DNA of 31,087 nt from Octopus sinensis (taxonomy: Eukaryota), in contig NW_021832330.1 in the NCBI RefSeq assembly GCF_006345805.1, positions 1 to 31,087 on the forward strand. Reading direction: 5' to 3'. The position numbers and the translations under genes are program-made. Numbering within the stretch: position 1 is the first letter of the stretch; each line of letters opens with the position of its first letter. Below, one piece after another: positions 22,053 to 31,087 of the stretch. The notes below the pieces were generated by a model. That model did no database searches, had not been told where the DNA came from, and saw nothing but the letters and a program-made list of their open reading frames with translations.

Positions 22053-22677
22053 GTAGGTGCGATATTTCAGCACCATCAATTCTTCATATCTGATACTACG
22101 TGTGATAGGGCAGACAAAATGCTGGCATCAGAGAGTAAACGTTCCGTAGGATGTGGCTTTTTAGCAAGAACAGCTACCACGTACGAGAGTAACCGATTCG
22201 ATGGTATCAGGTTACATGAATTTTGCGTGGCCGGTACACCAATTTTTTTCCCACGAGAGTTCCGGACCCCAGTTACGAACTCACTTGCATACAGTCAGGC
22301 AGAGCTCAACTATCAAACTAATTATGAGCGCATAACAAGTGATGGACGATAAGATAAAGTCACTTGGGTAAGGAATGACCATGCTTTTTTTCTGTTTTAA
22401 TAATACTTGTAGTTCTTGTTCTTGTTTCAACCATGGCTGCCTCAGCGTAGTTATTTATGTTGTTTACTTTGTAAAACAGTAAGTTTCTAGAACATCACCC
22501 TCTACCCATGTGGGGCTCTAACAAAATCTCATAATAGGTATAGATGCAAATCTAACTAATTACCTGTTTCCTAAAATCAGGCATAACTTGGGCGATCGGT
22601 CGACTTACAACACCGTTCTTCGTCTTGAGTTTACTTGGTAGAGTGTGTTTGTTAATTTGAGATGGTCAAGGTGAGCT

Positions 22678-22697
22678 CTGATTGGCTGTATGCAAAT
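22678..22697. promoter_or_regulatory. Adjacent reverse CCAAT box and octamer motif
   Basis: CTGATTGG (22678-22685) then ATGCAAAT (22690-22697); a second ATGCAAAT at 22544-22551; non-repetitive, CpG-retaining context. Confidence 0.35.
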
Positions 22698-23169
22698 GAG
22701 TTCATTACTGGGGTCCGGAATTCTCGTGCGAAAAATTTTCGCGGCAGGTACGCTAGATGGTAGGCTGGAATCTCTAGAAGTAGCCGGAACTATATATCTT
22801 GTCAGAATGCGTGAAACAGCAAGTCCGTGATATTGTGTGAAATCCATAAACAGAGAGTAACTCTGATGAAAATAAGTTTTTGTTTTGATGGACATTCTGG
22901 ACTGGACTGTGAGCAGGTTAGAGAAAGCAGACTCGGAAATGATTTGCTCCACGTGAAAAAAGAGGGTGTGGGCAGTTAAGAATAATCCATTGGATGTTCG
23001 AAATGTCGTGTCAAAATTTCCAGATAAAGTGCGACATGGTTATGAAGTTTTCCTTGTCTCTACACCTAAAGGAGTGCATGTGCTGCATACATCTTCCTTT
23101 AGCGCCAATAGCTGATCTATCCGTGTAGTGAGAGACATTAATATTAATAGATACACACACACGTATGTA

Positions 23170-23430
23170 TATATGTATGTACGTAGATGCCATAATAGGT
23201 AAAGCGGTAAAACTCAAAACAATAATACCGTCAGATACTTCGTTACATCTTTTTTATCTTCTGCTGATCGCATCTCTTTGCGTGCAGAATCACTTTGCCT
23301 TTCGTCCTTATAAAGTGGTTATAATCATTGCCAAACTTAAATTGATTTAATCGATTAAAGCTCTTGATAACTTTGCACTCAGATGGCCGCATATCAACAA
23401 AATAAATGAAAGAATAAAAGAGTAAAAGTA
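23170..23430 (+). mobile_element. Highly diverged SINE (family B-like centre, family A-type tail)
   Basis: ACTTTGCCTTTCGTCCTT centre and CAGATGGCCGCA...AAAGAATAAAAGAG tail. Confidence 0.5.
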
Positions 23431-24519
23431 TATGACAAGTATGTTTTGTCTTTTTTTTATTCAGACCGAACAATTAACTAGCACCAAATATTAAGGGTGT
23501 TTTTTTTTTATATTTTAGTTTATTTTATTATTTTAAGATAAAATTTCCATCTGATTGTATTGGTATCGATGATGAAAACGAACTTGAATACACAAATTAA
23601 GTGAAAAAATTTATAACAAAAATGATCAAAGATTTTAATTAATTCTGGTACAAATGACATTAAATTCTCGAAGTGGTATCTTATAATCGATCATCGAAAT
23701 AACTCTATACGAAGCGTTCGCACACCACACACTCACACACATACAAATGTACACACTCACATGTATGCACATAAATGTGTGTGTATGCGTGTGTGTACAT
23801 GTGTGTAGAAATGTGCTCGGAGTCATTAGGAAGACGTCTTTATAATAACCGGTTTCATAATACCATGATTTTCAAAAGTAGAGATAGCGGGGACTTGAGC
23901 TACGCCTCAACTGTATTGCCTCCAACTGATCTTGTAAAATCCACCCCATTTCAGGGAAACATTCTGATTCCATTTGCTATCAGTTAAGATAGAGTTTGAG
24001 AGGATTAAAATTAATCACAATGTCAGACTACTATTTCATTAGTTTTCTTTGACGTCCGCGTATTAGAACCGTGTAACCACATGAACTATAACTGCGTACC
24101 TCAAGAAAAACGTAAAAGAGAAATTGTGCATATCACAAAAATTTATACGCCTGTATCATTCCTGTGAATTTGAGGATGGTGTATAAATATGATGTATAGC
24201 CAAATATGGACATCACATTGAGAAGGTTACCCCTATGTATTCCAAAGGTAGATGTTAGCTAAGAAATATATAATAAACAAAAGTGACAGTCAACCCCTTA
24301 CACACAGATGTTGCGACTGAATGTTTCGACAATGTCACATTCTGCGAAATATATTATACATCTGATGAGCTACAGCTCCCAAATGTCATCAAGTACTATC
24401 TTGCATTGCAACATATTAGGCTAACTGAAACAATATATAATGCTATCCGAAAAACATGGCTGCCGTGGGATAAATATAAACAGTATATCTGTTATAGCAC
24501 TATACACACACCTTTGATT

Positions 24520-24544
24520 CCGTTATATATATATTTATATATAT

Positions 24545-24591
<47 letters not shown>

Positions 24592-24731
24592 AGTTCAATA
24601 AAAATTTAGATTCAAATGAGTACTCAGCATTTTAAAACTGTTGTAATACTTACAACATTTAATAAAATGATGTAGTACGAAACGATCATACCAATTATCG
24701 GAGTCATTCTTGTTGCTTATTTTGATTTTTC

Positions 24732-24801
<70 letters not shown>

Positions 24802-24870
24802 GTATGTATTATGTATGTATGTATGTATGTATGTATATGCACATACACACACACACACACACATACATAT
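24520..24870. repeat. (TA)n, (TATG)n and (CA)n microsatellites
   Basis: Directly visible, with a unique spacer at ~24590-24735. Confidence 0.85.
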
Positions 24871-24875
24871 ATGTA

Positions 24876-25095
24876 TTCTATTATTGTTTTATTTGTTTCA
24901 GTCATTTGACTGCAGCCATACTGGAGCACCGGCTTTAATCGAGTAAATCGATCCCAGGTCTTATTCTTTGTAAGCCTATGAATTATTCTATCGAATTCTT
25001 ATGCCGAAACGCTATGTTAGGGGGACGTAGACACACCAACTTCGGTTGTCAAGCGATGATGGAGGAGACAAACACAGACACACAAACACACACAT
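24876..25095 (-). mobile_element. SINE family A, 3' half
   Basis: Reverse complement of the tail: TTTGTTTCAGTCATTTGACTGCAGCCATACTGGAGCACC...GGTTGTCAAGCGATG. Confidence 0.9.
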
Positions 25096-25144
25096 ATATA
25101 TACATATATATATACAAGTGTGTGTGTGTGTGTGTGTGTGTGAC

Positions 25145-25207
25145 GCCCATTATCAGGAAACTCGATCATCGATGTTTCGATTCTTTTGACTTTTGTCAAT
25201 GAGATCC
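25145..25207 (-). ncRNA. Type I hammerhead-like core, U3-A8 variant, copy B (degenerate stem II)
   Basis: Minus strand: GGATCTCA-TTGACAA(25199-25193)-AAGTC AAAA GAATC-GAAA(25178-25175)-CATCGATG palindrome-ATC-GAGTTTCCTGATA. Homologous to 25466-25522. Confidence 0.55.
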
Positions 25208-25312
25208 ACCTAAGGGAGTTAACTCTGAACGAACTTAATAAAGCCGTAGCTTTATATATAATCCAGTCAAGACATTGACTGATTTGCGCTCGTAGTTCGC
25301 TCGACCGAGGTA

Positions 25313-25698
25313 AACAACGAAGCGTTAGCGTGGAGCAGTATTTAGGTAATGAGAAGAATTTAGGCTTGTTGAAATATATTTGTCACATATTTCAACTGCT
25401 AAAATAAAAATACACTGAAGTTACCATGGCAAAAACACCGGTTCGCTCAGTGTCTTCTCTATCAGAAATCTCATTCACAAGAGTCAAAAGACTCGAAACA
25501 TCGACGTCTGAAATTCCTGATAGAGGGTGACACTGACCGAACCGGTGTTTTCACACCTTTTTACTATAAGAGAGATTATTTTATCCGCGGTAACTGTAGT
25601 GTATTTGCTTTTTAGCAGTTGAAATATGTGAAAAACATTTCAACTAGTTTAAATACTGCTTATACCTAAACACTGCTTCGCGTTAACGGTTCGTTGTG
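25313..25698. mobile_element. ~386-bp foldback (long inverted repeat) element whose spacer is a hammerhead-like core
   Basis: Left arm 25313-25473 pairs with right arm 25509-25698 at roughly 80% identity by eye, with a ~30-nt insertion near 25552-25584 on the right. TA dinucleotides at 25311-25312 and 25699-25700. Confidence 0.85.
25466..25516 (+). ncRNA. Type I hammerhead-like core, U3-A8 variant, copy A (G5 mutated to C)
   Basis: TTCACAA 25474-25480; perfect stem II GAGTC-AAAA-GACTC 25481-25494; GAAA 25495-25498; near-palindromic stem III ACATCGACGT 25498-25507; GUC triplet 25506-25508. Stem I is formed by the foldback arms, starting at A25473-T25509. Confidence 0.6.
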
Positions 25699-25720
25699 TA
25701 TGTATGTTTATATATATATA

Positions 25721-26455
25721 CAAAATGGGACAAGATCGCAAAATATCCAGATAGACGATACAAAGCAAAACAAGGGTGGGTCATTCGGAGTTTTCTTTCC
25801 TCAGTCGAGTTCCAGATTATCTTTGGAATTTCAGCTGGTTATACTCGAGATTGCTCCAATCTGGCCAGCCCCAAGGAAAAACTAAGCTAAAAGCATTAGA
25901 TTCCTTGGAAGAAAGCAGCGAATGTATAAGAGAACAAGGACGGGGAAAAACGGAGAATGTTCCATAAATACAAATAACAGAACATTACAACAGGTATCTT
26001 TCGACTAAGGACGAATTGAATTAAGCTGGCGTGTGTGGAAGTAAAACCTTGCGGTAAGGATACAAGATTTCACATGCACAGGGAGGAATATAGAGGTTGC
26101 ACGGAGATGGCCGAACCAAGAATGAAAGGTCAGGCCTGGCCGAACACCGGCCACGTGGGGAGAGAAGAGAGAGAGGTAGAGGCAGATGGAGAGAAGAAAT
26201 AAGGAGGGGCGAGAAAAAATGACAGGGACACAATGAAATGAAAAGAGGATGGAAACTGAGCATGAAGAGAAGGCAAGGAAATGTGAGAGAGGGGAAACGA
26301 AAGAACGAAGAGTGGAATGAACGAAGTAAGTGTGAAAGGGCTGATAGAAGGTAAAGGTAGGAAGGAAAGAATAAAAGAATAGAGTCGTACAAGATTTAGA
26401 TATACTTACATATATATACTTACATATAAGAGACGAAGTATACGTACGCCGCTAT
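25721..26455. repeat. Unclassified interspersed repeat family D, copy 2 (longest, includes a purine-rich tract)
   Basis: 25721-25995 aligns with 16675-16990. The extent beyond 25995 is inferred from the tandem junction with copy 3. Confidence 0.75.
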
Positions 26456-26465
26456 ATATGTAATA

Positions 26466-26623
26466 CAAAATGGGACAAGAACGCAAATCATCCAGACAGA
26501 CAGTTTAGTGATACAAAAAAGGGACAACAAAACATTCAGATAGACGATACAAAGAAAACAAGGACGGGACATTAAGAGTTTTTCTTTCCTCAGTCGAGTT
26601 CCGGATTATCATTGCAATTTCGA

Positions 26624-26625
<2 letters not shown>
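26466..26625. repeat. Unclassified interspersed repeat family D, copy 3 (partial, tandem to copy 2)
   Basis: Starts with the same CAAAATGGGACAAG, 745 bp after copy 2, and ends at a (TA)n array. Confidence 0.88.
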
Positions 26626-26675
<50 letters not shown>

Positions 26676-26758
26676 GTAAAAATTAATGAGTGAGTGCGTT
26701 AAATAAACAATATTTTCAAGATTAAATAAAAAGACAACAAACGGAAAATATGACATGC

Positions 26759-26789
<31 letters not shown>

Positions 26790-26939
26790 GCTATACTAAC
26801 AAGTTTAGTTAATAGCCACACCAATGTGTTTGTTCCATGTTATTTACTAGTTTAACCCCACGCAGATCTTCTGCCAACTGGTTATCGGTGTAGCACTGCA
26901 AGTGTTCGCGACAGACTATGAGCAAACTAGCTCGAAACC

Positions 26940-26998
26940 GAATCGGTGACCCAGCATGGCCACAGTCTAATGACCGAACCAAATAAAAGATAAAAGAT
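26940..26998 (+). mobile_element. SINE/LINE 3' tail (family A-type) on a different upstream body
   Basis: GGTGACCCAGCATGGCCACAGTCTAATGACCGAACCAAATAAAAGATAAAAGAT. Confidence 0.7.
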
Positions 26999-27002
26999 GG
27001 GG

Positions 27003-27205
<203 letters not shown>

Positions 27206-27473
27206 AGCGTCTGTTAATGTACCTCTTCTGTCACTGAATCGTGCTGTCTTGTCGATGATCATTGATGCTGTCAGAGCATCTTCATTCTCCCACCGCCGCA
27301 CTCGCCACCACCCCACTGTCCACCCACCCCTACTCACCCACCTCACCCTCCCCAATCACCGCAACAAATAATTCTTCAGTTGAAATCTTCGAATGAACTC
27401 GCTTATCAGTGGACAATAAATCACTTCGCACTCGCTTCTTTCTTGCAAGTTCTACACTTTTGTTTACGGCCAC

Positions 27474-27499
27474 AGTGCAGCAGCAGCAGCAGCAGCAGT

Positions 27500-27537
<38 letters not shown>

Positions 27538-27599
27538 ATGGCAGCAGTAGTAGTAGTAGTAATATAGTTTTTGTTGTTGTTGTAATCATAGCGTTGCTG

Positions 27600-27632
<33 letters not shown>

Positions 27633-27698
27633 ATAAAAATAAAGAATACGAATCAAGTATAACGAAAGCAAGAAAGAGGAAAGAGAGAAATACATATA

Positions 27699-27732
<34 letters not shown>

Positions 27733-27733
27733 C

Positions 27734-27767
<34 letters not shown>

Positions 27768-27846
27768 CAGCAGCAGCAGTAGAAGTAGTAGTAGTAGTAG
27801 TAGTATAGCTTTTGTTGTTGTTATTGTCGTAATTATAGCGTTACTG

Positions 27847-27900
<54 letters not shown>

Positions 27901-28005
27901 ATGGCAGTGGTGATGGCAGTGGAGGTGGCTATGGTGATGGTAGTCGTAACAGTAGTTGTAGAAGCGGTAGTAGTAGCAGTAGTAGCAACAGCAGCAGCAA
28001 CAGTG

Positions 28006-28048
<43 letters not shown>

Positions 28049-28050
28049 CA
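27474..28050. repeat. (CAG)n/(TAG)n compound trinucleotide arrays
   Basis: Directly visible. Confidence 0.93.
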
Positions 28051-28176
28051 GTTTGTGTTTTGTTGGTGTTGTCGTTCTCCTCGCCGTTGTTGTTCTTTTT
28101 TGCTGATATTGTTTGCTACACTTCATCTCGCTTGACTGCATCAGTTGAGAAAGACAGAAACAAATAAACAAGTGTA

Positions 28177-28207
<31 letters not shown>

Positions 28208-28399
28208 ATACATAAATAAATAAAAAGAAAGAAAGAAAGCGAAAAAGGAAGATAGAAAGAAAGAAATAGAGAAAGAAAGAGTGAGGGGCGAAAGGAAAGA
28301 GTGAGAGAAAAGATGACGTATAATTGGTGAATGATCTGTCATTGTATTGTCAGCGGTTTCCTGGTAACAGTATTTTGTCATCGTTAGCCATTTTTTTCT

Positions 28400-29292
28400 G
28401 TATTATCATCATCATCATCATCATCATTACCATCGTCCTCGACATCGTCATGGACATTATCATCGTCGTCATCGTTTCCACAGTAATTGCCACCACCACC
28501 ACCACCACCAGAACCACCACCACCAGAACCACCACCACCATCACTACTCTACTATCATTAACATCACCATCGACACCAACGTCATCAACATCATCAGCAT
28601 CGGCATCAGCATTACATTTACCATTTTTCCAAAATCAACCGCCAGACATCACTCCCATCAACGCCGTCTGCATCATGATTATTGAAGCTGTTGCAATCAT
28701 CATCATTGTTGTCATCATCGTCTTCATCACCGTCATCGTCATCCACTTGCTCCTCCTCCTCTTCCTCCTCCTCCTCATCATCATCCTCCCGACCACTAAT
28801 CATCGCCCTCATCATCATCATCATCATTATCATCATCATCATCATCATCCTCACGACAACCAATCATCGCCCTCATCATCATCATCCTCACGACCACCAA
28901 TCATCGTCCTCATCATCACCATCATCGTTGTGGTCATCATTATCTTCATGACCATCACCACCCTTGTCGCCGTCCTCCTCCTACTCCTCCTCCTCCTCAT
29001 CATCATCATCATCATCATCTCGGCCACCATCAACGTCGGCGTCATCATTGTCGCTGTTGTGGTTATCGTTATCTCAACATGACCATCGCCGTCGTCATCA
29101 ACACCGTTGTTGTCGTCGTTGTCAACATTGTCATCCTCGTCTGTCATTCTCCTCACCGTCGTCTTCTTCTTGAGTCATTACTCGAGTTTGACATCCACGT
29201 CAACGTTAAGTGTTCATATTTCTTCCGCCGCCATTATGATTTCTACCGCCAAAACCACCGCCCCTTCCTTACCGAGCACCACCTGCCTCACT

Positions 29293-29356
<64 letters not shown>

Positions 29357-30125
29357 CCGTCGTTGTCGTCGTCGTCCGCGCCATCACCACCACAACCACC
29401 ACTGCCAACATCACCAACACCACCATCACTATCATCGCCATCATCATCATCATCAACATCATCATCACTGCATCTGCCATCATCACCGTCATCAATTAAA
29501 GCAAAGCCACCAGTGCAGTGACAATTACCGCCACCATCAATATTGCTAATCCCACACTCACTATCACATCGTCACCATTCGTATGACCGCGACCACTATT
29601 TACTGCTACCTCTACTACTCCCACCGACACCATTACTACCATCACTACAATCACAATCATGAACACCGACATTATCACCACTATCAACACAACCACCACA
29701 ACCACAACCACTACCACAACCACCACCACCACAACCACCACCACATCCACCACCACAACCACCACCATCAACACCACCACCATCACCACCACAACCGTCA
29801 CCACCACAACCACCACAGCCAACATCGCCACTACCACCATCACCACCACTACTACCATCAGCGCCACCATCACCACCACCATCACCACCACCACAACCGT
29901 CATCACCACCACAGCCACCGCCACTACCATCACCGCCACCATCACCATCACAACAATCACCATTACAATCATTGTCATTCATACCATCAACGATACTTGT
30001 ATACAAACTATACTCACTACCGTCGCTACCAGCACCACTCGAACCTGTACTGTCACCACTCGCATCACTGCTACCCTTACTATTATCACCAACAGTGGTG
30101 ATAATAATATCCAACGAGTTATCAT
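28400..30125. repeat. ~1.7-kb degenerate (CAT/CAC/CGT/CCT)n trinucleotide mosaic
   Basis: Directly visible. Produces stop-free poly-His/Thr/Ile/Ser frames on + and poly-Val/Gly/Met/Asp frames on -. Confidence 0.93.
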
Positions 30126-30129
30126 TTAG

Positions 30130-30315
30130 GTGGTCCGTGACGGACGGCTGCCAAAGCTCCTTCAAACCAAAGTGTTTTCTTAGAGAATGACACATTGAAC
30201 AAAGTAGACTTGGGTTCCTTGCGCATGTCAGGGAATTGACGAGATGGTCACGGCCGGGATATATTTAATCATCAGTCTATTTGTTTATGGCTAACCTAGG
30301 GTTGAAAAGCAACAG
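30130..30315 (+). mobile_element. Diverged SINE family C 3' part
   Basis: GACACATTGAACAAAGTAG...GATGGTCACGGCCGGGATATATTTAATCATCAG...CTAACCTAGGGTTGAAAAGCAACAG; related to 14415-14490 and 15101-15270. Confidence 0.55.
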
Positions 30316-31087
30316 GCAATAGAACTACTACCACCACCACCACTATTACTATAAATAGAACAATAGAACAACTCAGAATTATGTCAGAAAGGAACTACCA
30401 TTCCCAAGAGACTCGTGCTGAATCACATTTAATTCGACGTACGATGCACTGGGGGCTGGTATGAGACCACCAGCAATGGAGAGCACCGATGGACCGAGTC
30501 GGCTCTGGGATCACAAACCTGAGATGATCCCAGCCTCATAAAGCAAGCACATAGAGAAAGCAAGTAAGAACGACATTAGATCTATCAGGTATCCAAGGAA
30601 GAAATATCGATTGAGAGGAGGACCTAGCGAATATACACGTTCTGATCTTAAAAAAACATCCATACAGTTCATATGTTGTTACTCTTTTAGGCTAGTGAAA
30701 ATATGTTTGTGATAACTAACCTAAATTTGTTTATTCTTAATCAATGCTTGGTGATGATGCTGCTATTTTTATTCCGACCATGCAGTCCACTGGCGCAAAT
30801 CAGTCACTCATGTTGAACGATTATTAATTAAAGTTACGGCATTGAATTTGTCCAGAGTTATCTCTCTTCGGTATTTCCCATTGAGGAAGGCTAATGAATC
30901 AGAAATGTGCGTCTAGGAATTTGCTAGAGGGAAGCATTGGGAAGATATGGTGTTTTGGCACCTTTTAACTACAATAGAGAATTTTACCCCCATAGTAACT
31001 GCAGTGAATTTGCCTTTAGGAGTGGAAACATGTTATAAACATATTTTGAATGAGCTAATTGGTGCTACTGCTGTTGTGGTTACTATT

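Noticed and set aside
24362-24390. CTGATGA followed by a GAGC/GCTC hairpin, hammerhead-like
   Set aside because: No GAAA after the stem (CCCAAA instead) and no stem I pairing.
25517-25547. Second hammerhead-like motif in the foldback arm (CTGATAGA-GGGT...ACC-GAACCGGT)
   Set aside because: Extra base in the core, only GAA, G at the cleavage position and no local stem I.
30505-30533. 9-bp perfect hairpin CTGGGATCA/TGATCCCAG
   Set aside because: Too short for a pre-miRNA and no other supporting structure; similar isolated 8-bp stems occur at 7081-7108 and ~7602-7627.
30751-30757. Box C motif GTGATGA (possible C/D snoRNA)
   Set aside because: No box D (CTGA) at a suitable distance and no terminal stem.

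Overview
AT-rich, repeat-saturated eukaryotic DNA, almost certainly intronic or intergenic. The SINE families look like those of Octopus / coleoid cephalopods; this is recognition from memory, not a database result. No complete protein-coding gene is present, and nearly all ORFs in the supplied track are stop-free read-throughs of microsatellites. The window holds about 20 tRNA-derived SINE copies or fragments, two R4/Dong-type LINE remnants, an internally deleted CR1/L2-group LINE whose 3' tail matches a SINE tail, an internally deleted mellifera-type mariner, a Tigger/pogo-like MITE and one good 75-nt internal exon candidate (14209-14283, +). The most interesting signal is at the RNA level: three unrelated type I hammerhead ribozyme motifs. 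These are a Penelope-type short variant (5121-5155), a canonical core with long stems at the end of a decayed Penelope remnant (7941-8053), and two copies of a U3-A8 variant core (25474-25508 +, 25164-25199 -). The two U3-A8 copies sit in a ~560-bp structured, non-coding unit that forms a ~386-bp foldback and may represent a ~310-nt retrozyme-like monomer. All ribozyme calls are from manual motif and base-pair inspection; activity is untested.
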